Assembly: GCA_963823665.1 (NCBI GenBank)
Contig: CAWGMQ010000010.1
Location: forward strand, 1,568,001 to 1,632,000
DNA length: 64,000 nucleotides
DNA from: an uncultured Planctomycetota bacterium
GTDB lineage: Bacteria; Planctomycetota; Planctomycetia; Isosphaerales; Isosphaeraceae
Direction of reading: 5' to 3'
Position numbers and translations under genes: made by a program. The stretch's first letter is position 1, and each line of letters opens with the position of its first letter. Below the pieces are notes generated by a model. That model ran no database searches. It saw only the letters and a list, made by a program, of their open reading frames with translations, and was not told the origin of the DNA. Of this stretch, positions 17,841-29,324 are shown piece after piece.

Positions 17841-20693
17841 TCAACCAGCCGTGACGCCCTTCGCCTTCGGCAGGATCGTGAAAACCGTATCGCTCGAGTC
17901 CAGCAAGACACCCGCGGTGCTGCTGACGCCGTTCGGGGCCGAGGCGATGACCGCGATCTCGCCGCCCTTCGGAAACGTCGGCTTCCGCTTGAGCGTCAAG
18001 GTGACGGAGTTGGTCGAGTGGCTATAGGCCGCCGTGAACTTGACCGGATGGAGGACCTTCATCTTATTCTTGCTTCGCTTGATGACCCCTGTATCGACCT
18101 GGTAATTGGCGGTGAGCCCGGCTGTCGTTGGATCCATCGCAGTACTGAAATCGAGCGCGAATCCGACAAAGACCGGCTTGCCCACCGGCTTTCCCTTCTT
18201 GTTCGTCTTCTGTTTCGTGACAACCCGCTCGAGAACGACCGTCGGCGCCGGGGGCGCGAGGCCGCTCTCAAAGGCGCCGATATCAAGCGTGCCATTGACA
18301 ACGCGCGCAGATCCGCGCTGGTCGGTCGTGATACCCGGAGGGATGAGGGCGACACTTCCGGTGGCAATTGCGGGACTGCCGGCGAGGAGGGCCATGGTCT
18401 CGGTGGGTCCGCCGTTATTCTGCAACGTGCCGAGGAGCGGATTGAGGTTGAGAAGGTCCGTGGCCACAAAACCGCTGCCACCCGATGAGTCGCCGATGAG
18501 GTTGTAGCCCTTGCTGCTGACGGTTCCGTCAACATCAGCCCCGGTCTGGGCGGTGTTCATGGCGACAATCGTGTTGGCCAGAGTCAGCGTGCCCCGGTAG
18601 GCGATGATGCCGCCGCCGATACCAGCCGAGTTGCCCGATAACGTGGAGTTGGTGATCTTCCCCGTACCACCGTCGATATAGATACCGCCGCCCGAAACCG
18701 AAGCAGAATTGTTCGAGAGCGTGGAGTCGGTGACCGTCAGCGTGCCAGCGCTCCATATGCCGCCGCCGGAGCCGCCGGGGGCCGAGTTTCCCGAGATGGT
18801 GCAGTTATTGACCGCCAGCGTGCCAAGGTTAAAGATGCCGCCGCCGCCGTCGCCAAATTCGCCGGAGCCACCGGGTGCCGAGTTGCCCGAGATGGTGCAG
18901 TCGGCGACCGTCAGCGTGCCAGCGTTCGTGATCCCGCCGCCGTATGAGGAACCGCCGCCATCGGCGATGGTCAGTCCGGTGATGGTCGCGGTCACGAGCT
19001 CAGCGACGTTGAACACCATCTTGACCTTCTTGCCGCTGACCGTCAGATTGCTCGCGCCACGGCCGTGTATCTGGACGTCCCTGCTGATCACCGGCAACGG
19101 GGTCGCCAGACTGATCAAGCCGCTGGTCATGAAGGTGATGACGCTGCCTCCGAACAAGTTGGCCTGAGTCAGGGCGTAGCGCAGAGATCCGCCACTGCTG
19201 CTGTCACTCGTATTGGAGACCTGGAACACCTGAACTTCGAATGCACCAATATCAACGGTGCCATTCTCGGTGCGCGAAGCTCCGCGCTGGTCAGTTGTGA
19301 TGCCCGAGGGAACGAGGGCGACATCACCCGCGGCGATGGCGGGGCTGCCGGGCAGCAGGGCCAAGGTCTCTGCAAGTCCGCCGTTATCCTGCAACGGGCC
19401 GAGGAACGGATTGACGTTGAGCAGGTCCGTCGCCACGAAGCCGCCGCCGCCCGACGAGTTGCCGATGAGGTTAAATCCCAGGCTGGTGACGGATCCGTAA
19501 ATATCAGGTGCCGGCGAGCCAGTGTTGCCCGCGACGATCGTGTTGGCGACCGTGAAATGGCCCCCGCCTAGGGCGGAGCGGTTTTCGATGCCGCCGCCGA
19601 CCCCTGAAGCCGAGTTGCCCGCGATCGTGCAGTCGGCGACGGTTATCGAGCCACTGTTATAGATGCCGCCGCCTCCCTCGGCCGAGTTGCCCGAGATCGT
19701 GCAGTTCGTAAGCGTCCCCCCGCCACCGTTACTGAGGTCGCTAGAGATCGCACCGCCGGAACTGGCGTAATTGCCGGAGAAAGTGGAGTTGGTGACCGTC
19801 ATCGCGCTAATGCTATCGATGCCGCCGCCCCAGCCGCTGCCAGAGACCGAGTTGCCCGTGATCGTGCAGTCGCTGACGATCAGCTCGCCGGCCAATTGAT
19901 AGAAGCCGCCGCCGCCGCCCGGATAGAGAAGGCCGGCGCCCGTTGCCGAGTTGCCCGAGATCGTGCAGTCGGTGACATTCACGGTGCCATCGAAGATACT
20001 CATGCCGCCGCCGGGTCCGTTCGGGGCCGAGTTGCCCGAGATCGTGCAGTTGGTGGCCGTCAGCGTGCCCCTGTTAGAAATGCCGCCGCCGTAACGGTTG
20101 GGGGACGAGTTGCCTGAGATGGTGGAGTCGGTGACCGTCAGCGTGCCAATGTTAAAGATGCCGCCGCCACCGTAAGTGAAGCCGGTGCCGTTGGGTGCCG
20201 AGTTCCCCGAGATCGTGCAGTTCGTCACCGTTAGCGTGCCAAAGTTCGCGATACCGCCGCCGCCGGATTGAGTGTTACCGTGGGCGATGGTCAGTCCCTC
20301 GATGGTCGCGGTCGCGCCTCCACTGACGTTGAACACGTTGCTGGCATCGTTGCCGCTGATGGTGAGGATGCCGGCGCCCGGGCCTTCGATGACCAGGTCC
20401 TGGTGCGGTTTGAAATCCAGATCGCCGCCCGTCAGCGTGATGGTACCCGTGACATCACTCGCAAACGTGATCGTGTCCCCTGGGCTGGCACTGCTGATCG
20501 TGTCGCGCAACGATCCGGCGCCGCTATCGTTGGTGTTGTGGACGATGTCGGTGGTGAGCAAGGTTCGACCTTCCAGGACTTCGAGCCGCGGACGGGAAGA
20601 CCGGCGGCCGCCCGGAGTGTGCCGCCGTCCGGGGCGGCCGCGCTCGCGGAAGAAACTCGTGATCCCGGCTGAGAGGACAGTTGAAATCGGCAT
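17841..20693 (-). CDS. Planctomycete extracellular protein: LEPR-XLL leader and two beta-helix/choice-of-anchor-Q modules
   Basis: RPRLEVLEGRTLLT; GSLR; many GGGIxNxGTLTVTxxTISGNS repeats; two LGxLQxNGG..T.ALL.GSPAI..TDQRG..DIGAFE caps. Confidence 0.9.
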   Translation of the reverse strand: MPISTVLSAGITSFFRERGRPGRRHTPGGRRSSRPRLEVLEGRTLLTTDIVHNTNDSGAGSLRDTISSASPGDTITFASDVTGTITLTGGDLDFKPHQDLVIEGPGAGILTISGNDASNVFNVSGGATATIEGLTIAHGNTQSGGGGIANFGTLTVTNCTISGNSAPNGTGFTYGGGGIFNIGTLTVTDSTISGNSSPNRYGGGISNRGTLTATNCTISGNSAPNGPGGGMSIFDGTVNVTDCTISGNSATGAGLLYPGGGGGFYQLAGELIVSDCTITGNSVSGSGWGGGIDSISAMTVTNSTFSGNYASSGGAISSDLSNGGGGTLTNCTISGNSAEGGGGIYNSGSITVADCTIAGNSASGVGGGIENRSALGGGHFTVANTIVAGNTGSPAPDIYGSVTSLGFNLIGNSSGGGGFVATDLLNVNPFLGPLQDNGGLAETLALLPGSPAIAAGDVALVPSGITTDQRGASRTENGTVDIGAFEVQVFQVSNTSDSSSGGSLRYALTQANLFGGSVITFMTSGLISLATPLPVISRDVQIHGRGASNLTVSGKKVKMVFNVAELVTATITGLTIADGGGSSYGGGITNAGTLTVADCTISGNSAPGGSGEFGDGGGGIFNLGTLAVNNCTISGNSAPGGSGGGIWSAGTLTVTDSTLSNNSASVSGGGIYIDGGTGKITNSTLSGNSAGIGGGIIAYRGTLTLANTIVAMNTAQTGADVDGTVSSKGYNLIGDSSGGSGFVATDLLNLNPLLGTLQNNGGPTETMALLAGSPAIATGSVALIPPGITTDQRGSARVVNGTLDIGAFESGLAPPAPTVVLERVVTKQKTNKKGKPVGKPVFVGFALDFSTAMDPTTAGLTANYQVDTGVIKRSKNKMKVLHPVKFTAAYSHSTNSVTLTLKRKPTFPKGGEIAVIASAPNGVSSTAGVLLDSSDTVFTILPKAKGVTAG

Positions 20694-20725
20694 CACAGAC
20701 GTCTCCAGATCAAGCGATCGAAATG

Positions 20726-22004
20726 TCAGAAACCTGCGGTGCAACTCAAAATGAAGGAGCGAGACCGCTCCATCGCCCCGGAAATGAGAGGTTGAATCAC
20801 CGATTCGACGTCTGGTCTGAGCCGAAAGACCCGCTCGAAGTCGGCCCGCAATTCCTCGAGTGGCTCACCCATCAGTATTCGCGTCAATCCCCGCCGGCAC
20901 AGAGCCGTGATGTCGTTCGGGTTGATCCGCAGGTGCTTGTTGCAGTTTTTCAGGACCGCGGCCGCGTCGTGGTGCAAGTCGTCGACGAGCATCCCAAGAA
21001 TCTCGCGAGCGGCAAGCGGAGCGTTAACCCGCAAGACGTGTAAATAGTCGGTGAAGGCCAGCGGATCCCGCGCGTGATAACGGGCGTTGCCGCGAGAAAT
21101 GTGGGCTACCAGCAGCTCGGGATCGATTTCCAGCGCCTGATCGTAATCGGCGATAGCACCTGCGAAATCATTCATGAGGATGCAGGCCCCGCCCCGATTG
21201 TGATAAATCGGTGCGGCGGCGTGCCGCGGAGTCTGCTCGATGGCCAGGTTAAAGTCTTCGATCGCACCCGCCAGGTCGCCTCGAGCCTTCCGCGCCGTCC
21301 CGCGATTGGCGTAGGTGGGAACGTGGCTCGGATCGATGGCGATGGCCCGGTCGAAGTCGGCCAGTGCGCCAGCCGTATCGCCCTGCGCCTGGCGCAGCGC
21401 CTCGGTTATGGTAGATGACCGCGGCGAAGCGAGTGGGAGTCAACTCGAGCGCCCGATCGAAATCCGCGATCGCGTTCGACAGATCCGTGCGCTCGACACC
21501 AGAGACAATCCGGTCATGAAACGCCTGCGGAAAAGCGCCAGGGGACAGCATCGCCAGGGCGTGGCGCGCGGCACCGCGGTTGCTGTAGGCCTCGGCGTAA
21601 CCAGGGTTGAGGGTGAGGGCTCGATCGAAGCATCGGATCGCGCTGACCAGGTCACCCTGCGCCTGCAAGGTCACACCGCGGTTGTTATGGGCCTCGGCGT
21701 AAAGCGGGTTGATCGTGACGGCGCGATCGAAATCTGCGAGAGCGCAGGACGCCTCGCCCTGTGCGTGTCTCAACACGCCGCGGTTGCTATGCGCCTCCGC
21801 GTATCCCGGGTCAATGGCGATCGCTCGGTCGAAGTCGGCGAGTGCGCCAACGAGGTCGCCGCTCAATTGACGGGTAAGGCCCCGGTTATTATACGCGGCT
21901 GCGCAACCCGCGTTGATCGCGACGGCCTGATCGAAATCGGCGATGGCACCGAGCAGGTCGCCTTGCAGGTGCCGTGCCGTGCCACGATTGAAATAAAAGC
22001 TCAA
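20726..22004 (-). CDS. TPR-repeat protein (frameshift near 21393)
   Basis: Repeated AYxNRG..GDLxGAxADFDRAIAIDP; the second frame continues into ORF 20726-21175. Confidence 0.85.
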
Positions 22005-24652
22005 CCCAACCTCCGCGCCAGGATTTTGATTTTGACAAACCGGTCGCCCGCAGCGGCGTTAAAGTCGATCTTCTCCCTGGACTGGGAAACCGCGTAGTAC
22101 AGGTTCGAGTCCGAGAGGCTGCCGTTGTGGCCCAGCATCGTGTTGCGAGAGTCATTCGAGTGCACTTTGCTCGCGTTCAACACGGGCACACCATGACCAT
22201 GCCGTCCGACGACAGGGGATCCGTTGAGCAAGATGTTGACTCGTTTCTTGAAGGTGCCCGTCCCTTCAGACCAGAACTTCATGATGGCGACCAGGTCGTG
22301 AGCGTCCTTCTCGTTGTCGTAGCGGGTGGTGCCGCCGATCAGGATGTCATCGCGACCGCCGCCCCGGAGCGTGCTCGCCGACGGCCCCGCGATGAGCAGA
22401 TTGGTACGGTCGTCGCCACCGGTGAGCACGTCGCCCCCATTGCCGACCAGGATGTTGTAGAAGCCTCCTCCGCCGCCATGCGCGCCGATCACGTTCTTGA
22501 TGCCCAGCACGCCGCCGTCGACCGCGGTGGCCTGCCGCGTCAAAAGGTTGACGACAACGTCCGACGGCGTGCTCCCTTCGTACTGAGAGTAGTCCAGCGT
22601 GTCATCGCCGTCGCCGTTGATCACGCCCGTGATTTCCGCTCCGTTCTCGATGGCAAAGGTATTCGAGGCCCCGCCCCCGAGCAGGCTGCCGAATCCTGAA
22701 AACGTCAGGCCTTGGCCCGGAATGGCGCCGGAGTTGGACCCCGTGATATCCCACGTCGTTGCCGCGTCCGGGCCCACCAAAAAGTCGTCGCCGGCGCCGA
22801 CCACCTTGGTGCTCGTGCTCGTGCCGCTGACAGTCATCGTGCAGTTCGTGCCGCAGTAGACTGCGAGCGAGCTCAGTTCTTTGCCCGTGTAAAAGATCGG
22901 TGCCGGGGAAAGCCCGGTGATGGACGTGCCGCTGATCGTCGCCGATTCATTCGAATCGTCACGTTTGTCATCGAGCGTCAGCGTGCTGTGGCCCGAGGTG
23001 TTCGTGAGCGTGACTGTCCCGGTAATCGAGGCCAGCGTGCCGCTCAGGCTCGGCGCCTGGCTGCCGATGTTGACCGTGTCCTGCCCCTCGAAGGCCGCGT
23101 TGTTGCCGTCGATGACCAGATCGCCCGTGGTGCCCTGCACGTTGATCGTGTCAGTGCCGCTGCCGGTGGCGATTGTGGTGGTCGGGTGAATGAGCGATTG
23201 ATTGGTAGGCGTCCCAAGAACCTGGAACGTAACAGCGCTGCCGCCCTTGATGGTCAAAGACATCAGCGTGCCGCTGTTGAAGGTGATCGCGGCAGGTGCC
23301 AGGTTGAGGATCGCGTCTTCCTTGACCATCACGTCACTCAGATCCGTTGTATCGGCCGAGTCATCAACCGTGAGCGCTTCGGAAGCCGGTAGAGCCGCGA
23401 TCGAGATCGGAGCGTTGATCCCCCCAGCGCTGCCGTTGTCACCGATGTTGATGGAAGCTTGAGCGGAGTTTTGGACATTGACCGGAGTGACCGTGTTCAA
23501 GATGTTGACCGTGTCGGGGCCGTACACCCCTGTATTCGATATGACGCCTTGGTCGAAATGGAAGATCGCGCCCTCCAGGTTCACGGCCACGCCGCCGTTG
23601 GCCACGTCGAGCGAGATTGTGCCGCTCTGCCCCGAATTCTGGCCGCCCAGGACTTCCAGATTGGAATTTCCCAGGTAAACCGGCGTTGACGGCTGTGTGT
23701 TCCAGTTCGGGTACAGATAAAGGTTTTGCCCGCTGTCGTCGGGTACGATGAACCCGTTAAAGCTGATCGACCAGTACGCCTGCACCAGAACTGAATCATA
23801 CAACCGATAGGTGTATCGACCGCCGTCCGGTTCGTTATCCGCGATCTGCGACTCGAAGTTCTCGCCCGTGATGTTGTCCGCGGCGTTCATGTAAATCCCG
23901 GTGCCCCCGGATGAAATCCGTTCCACCAGCTCGTGGGAGAAAGAGTCAGAGAAGTTATCCACACTCCCCTGGCCGTCGATCCAGATGTGGTTCATGGCAT
24001 ACTGCAGACCCGCTGCTCCGTAGGGCGCGTAGGTGTCCATGCCGTTGCCGCTGTCAAAGCAGCAGTTATCAAAAACGTCGACATAGATGGGCGATTGCGG
24101 TGCGCCCGGCCAGAAGTTGTCATAATTCAAGATCGTGGACGCCCCTGGTTTCTCCCACGAGGCGATGCCCGGGACGAAGCTGTTAATCTCTTGCGTGGCC
24201 GCGACCGGAGGGCTCACAACGCTCGGCGAAGGAGGATCGGAAATGTCCAGGGCGTAGCCGCCGAAAGTCGCTGTCCCATCGCTGCCGTAGTCTTTCAGCC
24301 CGGAAAGGTATGGCGAGCCGATGATGGCCTTGGCTGCGCTCACATCCGCCGAGATCGCGTCGGGGGTCCAGCTTCCCCCCCAGAAGATGAGGTAGACCGT
24401 GGGGTTGTTCAAGACGTACGGATTGTTGGTGATCGGTGCCGTCACGAGCGCATTCGCCGGCTGGTGAGCCGGATTGTTCGGCCACCAGTGAATCGTGTCG
24501 CCGCCCAACGGTGATTCAAACACCACCGTCAAGACCGTTCGATCCTCGAGTTGCTGGAGCCCGAGCGGATGCTTGCGGCTGAACTTTCCAGCCGCAATCG
24601 CGCGGCGCCGACCGCCAGAGCCATGACGCAAACGCTGGAAGAGGGTCGCCAT
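22001..24652 (-). CDS. Planctomycete extracellular protein: LEPR-XLL leader, HExxE domain, beta-solenoid and RTX-like C-terminus
   Basis: LQQLEDRTVLT; VYLIFWG..SHELVERIS; GGGRDDILIGG. Confidence 0.85.
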   Translation of the reverse strand: MATLFQRLRHGSGGRRRAIAAGKFSRKHPLGLQQLEDRTVLTVVFESPLGGDTIHWWPNNPAHQPANALVTAPITNNPYVLNNPTVYLIFWGGSWTPDAISADVSAAKAIIGSPYLSGLKDYGSDGTATFGGYALDISDPPSPSVVSPPVAATQEINSFVPGIASWEKPGASTILNYDNFWPGAPQSPIYVDVFDNCCFDSGNGMDTYAPYGAAGLQYAMNHIWIDGQGSVDNFSDSFSHELVERISSGGTGIYMNAADNITGENFESQIADNEPDGGRYTYRLYDSVLVQAYWSISFNGFIVPDDSGQNLYLYPNWNTQPSTPVYLGNSNLEVLGGQNSGQSGTISLDVANGGVAVNLEGAIFHFDQGVISNTGVYGPDTVNILNTVTPVNVQNSAQASINIGDNGSAGGINAPISIAALPASEALTVDDSADTTDLSDVMVKEDAILNLAPAAITFNSGTLMSLTIKGGSAVTFQVLGTPTNQSLIHPTTTIATGSGTDTINVQGTTGDLVIDGNNAAFEGQDTVNIGSQAPSLSGTLASITGTVTLTNTSGHSTLTLDDKRDDSNESATISGTSITGLSPAPIFYTGKELSSLAVYCGTNCTMTVSGTSTSTKVVGAGDDFLVGPDAATTWDITGSNSGAIPGQGLTFSGFGSLLGGGASNTFAIENGAEITGVINGDGDDTLDYSQYEGSTPSDVVVNLLTRQATAVDGGVLGIKNVIGAHGGGGGFYNILVGNGGDVLTGGDDRTNLLIAGPSASTLRGGGRDDILIGGTTRYDNEKDAHDLVAIMKFWSEGTGTFKKRVNILLNGSPVVGRHGHGVPVLNASKVHSNDSRNTMLGHNGSLSDSNLYYAVSQSREKIDFNAAAGDRFVKIKILARRLG

Positions 24653-24840
24653 CGGAGAGTCTCCTGTCGTGGTGGAAGCGAGGGCTCTCTTCGTGGAAGT
24701 GCAGTTGCCCCGACGTGCGCATCTATCGTGATAACCGCGCGGCGCGGCGGATTGTCCACAGACGCGACGTTTCCTACCGCTGCTTTTCCGAACGATGCAG
24801 CGCGCAACCAGGTTGGACCCGATCAAGGGGGGCGCCGGTG

Positions 24841-27800
24841 CTACCGCGGATCGGCGAAGACGTTGTCCGGGAGTTCAACGAGCGGAACGGCAAGGACGGC
24901 CTCGGCTTCGGCTCGGAAGGCTGCGAGCTGACCGCCTCGTCGCGCGCCGAAGGAAGTTCGCTCCTCGGGCCTTCGCGCATAGGGGTCGCCGTGGTCGCGC
25001 ATCCAGCCCGCGGCGCGCTCGAAGCAGGCGCGCGCTGATCTCAGCGCGGCCCAGCCGGTGATGACTCATGGCGAGGAAGAGGAGGTCGCAGGCGAGGGTC
25101 TCGTCATGGCCGGCGGCGGCGTTGCGCTCGAGGATGCTGATCGACTCGGAATACTGGCCCGTGCGATACAGCGTCACGCCCAGCGTGCTCACGCAGACTG
25201 GATCCCACGGACAGAGCTCGACCGCCCGGCGGGCCAGTGCCATCGCCCGCGTGAGATCGCGCCCTGGCTCGCGCCCGGTCGCCAGCTCCCAGGCGGTCAC
25301 GGTGCAAACGTCGGACAGCCATTTTGGGAACAGACGCTCTTCGGGGTCGAGCTCAAGCGCGGCTTCCCAGTCATTGATCGCCGCCTCTTTTTTTCCATGC
25401 TGTTCTTGGATGACTCCCCGTAGGGCCAGAAGGTGCGCGTCGCGTGGCCGCAGGCGAATCGCATGGGTGACGGCCTCGATCGCTTCGGAAGCTCGCCCCA
25501 TTTTCAAAAACGCATGAGCCCGGATGTGGTAGGCGTGGGCGTCATCGGGATGTCCCTTCAGTCGCTCGGCGTAGCCGTCGAGCAGCACTTCGGGAGAGAT
25601 GTTCACGACCTCGAGCTCGTCGGCCAGCGATCCGTAGTCGATCGAGAGCCGAGGTAGCGGCGGCGCCTTGGAATCGCCAGGGTCGTCGCCGGAATAGGCC
25701 GGCGCACCCCAGTCGAGGCCGATTGCGTCGAGATGCTTGCGAATGGCGCGGAGGTTCCATTCCTGCACGCCAGCCGCGTCGGCGTTATTCACGACCAGGC
25801 GCGACCCGTCGGGGCTGAACGTTGCCCCCGACACGTCGCCCAGGTCGGGGATGGTCAGCCGCGCCAGCGTTTTGCCCGTCTCGATCTCGACCAGTCGCAG
25901 AATCTTGTCCGCATCCTTCACGACGAGCATCCGGCCATCGGGCGAAAAACACATGCCTTCGCCTCCGATCTTCCGCCCCGCGCGCCAGGTTCCGACTTCC
26001 CAGAACCGGCATGGCGGATTCAGATTCATCAGCCATTTCCCGTCGGGGCTGAATTGAACCCGCACGACACCATCGATCGCCAGCTCGCGCACGCGCGTCG
26101 CATCACGCACTCGCCAGATCTGGGCGCCGATACGACCATGGCTGCCGGTCGCGATCCATTCTCCGTCCGGGCTGACGGCAACATGGCGGACCTCGTCGAG
26201 CTGCCTGAGCTGAAACACCCGTTCGGGGGTGCAGACGTGGGCACAGTCGATGTCGGCCAGAGCCACGATCCGGCCAAGCCTGTCCGCTGCCAGCGCGAAG
26301 TACCCCGTCGCCAGGGGCAGCGTCTGTGGCGGGCCCACGCGGAATTCGCCGCGGCGAAGGTCGAGGTGCACCGGCCAGCGCCGCACGCCCGTCGCACCGC
26401 TCGTGAGCAACTCGCCGGAATCGTCGAATGTGAGCTGGAGGGTTTTGCCGATCGTCAGGAAGCCGATCTCCGCGCCCCTCGCCAGGTCCCAGAGCACCAC
26501 GCCGCGGCCGGTGCCGGCGGCCAGGATCCGGCCATCATGGCCAATCGACAGGCCCTCAAAATGGCCTGGCCCGGTCGTGACGCTCTGCAAGGTCCGAAAT
26601 TCGAGGGCCGGCTCCACCTGGTAGGCCGTGAGCCGCTCGCCCTGAGACAAGACGATTCGTCCGTCACGGCTGAAGTGACCAGAGATCAAGGAGTCGCCCG
26701 GCGCACCCGGCCAGCTCCCGCCTGAAATCGGGTCCCAGAGCCGCAGCCGCGATTCCCAGCCGTTGCTGGCCAGCAGGGTGCCGGCCGGGTGGAACCCCGG
26801 TCGCACGCCCCCGTTGGTATGGCCCTCGAGAGTCGCCCGCCGTACGCCCGTTGCTGCGTCCCAGAGATGGATCGTACGAGCGCGCACCGTCGCCAGCGTG
26901 GTACCGTCGGGACTCCACGCAACCCAGTCCCCGGGCCCGGCCAAAATGATCGACCGCACCAGCCCGCCGGTCTCGGTCTCGAGGATCTGGCAGGTCGGAG
27001 ATTTCTCGTCGTAAAGGATTGCGATCCGGGCCCCATCGCCGCGGAAGTCCAGGTCGTGTGCAGGCGTCGGCCCGCGCCACCGCCGGATGACCTGACCCGT
27101 CGCCAGGTCGTAGAGCCGCTCGCCGTCTTCGCGCGCCACCGCGATCCGGCGGCTGTCCGGGCTGAATCGCGTCGCGTGCATCCACGACACCGGGCCCGGG
27201 ACGTTCAAGACTTCCCTCCGCCGGGCGATATCCCAGACAGTCAGGGCGAAACCAGGAAAATGGTTCGTCGCCAGATATCGGCCGTCGGGGCTGAAACCGA
27301 AGACCTCGACGTTCCGATCACCGCGGGCCTGAAAATTGGCGACCTCCACGTCATCGGCAATGCGCAGCACGCGGATCGTGCCATCCGTGAACCGAAGCGC
27401 GTAAAGCGTCATCGTGGGATCGAAGGCCACCCATCCGGCGCCATCGGGCCTGAGGATGACCCGTCCGCCCGGCTCGGGTCTCAGGTCGGGCAGCACAGGC
27501 ACGCGATCGCCTCATCGCGGAGCGGGTCCAGCCGGTCGGGGGGCAGTTTCAGCTCGCGTGCGACCGTCGTGGCCCGCTCGATCGCCGCCAGGCCGTCGAA
27601 CCGCTGTCCAGCTTGCCGGCTGAACCGTTGGGCGCGGGCCCGGTCGTAAAGCGCCTGGAAGAGTTGTTCGCGAGCCAGGGTCTTCACTCGGCGTTCCTCG
27701 GCCTCGGACCGACTGACCCGGGACAGCACGGCGCTGATCGTGTTCCGCTGATCGCGAAACGTCCAGGCTGCGATCGATGCTCCAATCGCGAGGACGGTTG

Positions 27801-29286
27801 TCAGGACCGCCGCGGTGATACTGGCCGCGGCCAATCCGGGATTTCGCCGGCACCAGCGCCAGGATTGCTCGAGCGTCGTGGTCCGCCGCGCCCGGATCGG
27901 CCGGTCCTCCAGGAACCGTCCCAGGTCCTCACCCAGCGCCTTTGCCGTGGCATACCGAACTCCCGGCTCCTTCGCGATCGCCTTCAGGACGATCGTCTCC
28001 AGGTCGCGGGGGATCTTGGGATCGAGCTTTCGCGGCGCCTCCGGTGATTCGTGGAGCACCTTCTCGATCAGCTCGGACTGCCGCGTTGTGCCGAAAAGCG
28101 GCTCTAGCGTCAGCAGCTCGTAAAGAGTCACGCCCAGGCTATACACGTCGCTGCGGTGGTCAGACCATCCGTCAAATCGCTCCGGCGCCATGTAGCGAAC
28201 GGTCCCCACGATATCTCCCGTACGGGTCGGCCCATCGGAGCCCTCAACCTTGGCCAGGCCGAAGTCGGTGACCCACACGCGGCCGCCAATGTCCAGCATC
28301 AGATTCGACGGCTTGATGTCGCGATGGAGCACCCCCTGCTGGTGAGCGTAGCTGAGGGCGCCGGCGACCTGGGCCGCGATTCTCGCCACCGAGCGGTAGA
28401 ATTGCGATTCGGTCCCGAGCGAGGCCGACGACGTGTCGATCGCGTCCGAGCCTGCTTCCTCCCTCACCGGCTCTGCCGACGGCCAGAGGGTGCGGCCTGT
28501 GTGTTCGAAAGGCGGTGGGCCGTCGTTCGTGACGGTTGCCTCGTGCTGGGGCGACTCCACGCCTCCCGCGGCGGACGCACGTGCGCCGCCGCCCGGCTCC
28601 CATTTCGTGAACGTGCCGGCTGCAAGCGACCGGGCCAGGGCCATCGAGCTGCTGGGAACAGAAGGTGCACGCAGCGTCGGCCGCTCCGATCGCAGCGCTC
28701 GATCGTCGTCGGCGAGGCCGCGCAGCCGCCGCAGGTCGTCCACGATCGCGTCCATGCCGTGCCCATGAATGAACTGCATCGCATAGTAGTGCACTCCCTC
28801 GTGCTCTCCCACGCCGTAGACCGGCACAATGTTCCCATGGTGCAGTCGCCCCGCAGAGCACGCTTCGAGCTGGAACCGCTGGAGCTGCGTGAAGCTGACG
28901 CGCCCGGAGAGCGGCAGAATCTTGAGCGCCACATGGCGGCCCAGCGACTCCTGGATGGCCTCGTAGACGACTCCCATCCCCCCCCGCGCGACCTCCCGGA
29001 GTATCCGGAAATCGCCGAGCTGGCCTCGCGCGGGTTTGACGAGTTCGGTGGGAGAGCTCGACGCCGGGCCAGCACTGCCCGGTGTGTCTTCGGCGACCGG
29101 TTTGACTCGTTCCATCACGACGAGCGCGGGGAAGAGATCGACGATCGCCTCAGCCAGATCTGGGTATTTGCGGGTATACTCCGAGAGCGAGGGACACTCC
29201 CCCCGTCGCCGCCGCTCCACGAATTCCTCGGCCAGCACCTCGACGGGGTTGCGGTCCGCGTCGCAGCTCAGATCGGACTCGGCCAT
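24841..29286 (-). CDS. Ser/Thr protein kinase with WD40 and TPR domains (frameshifts near 27497 and 25030)
   Basis: [36 protein letters not shown] repeats; TPRs; ends [11 protein letters not shown] at 24841. Confidence 0.9.
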
Positions 29287-29324
29287 GCCTCACCCTCCTC
29301 GCTCGGCGAACCTGAAGAGAAGGA

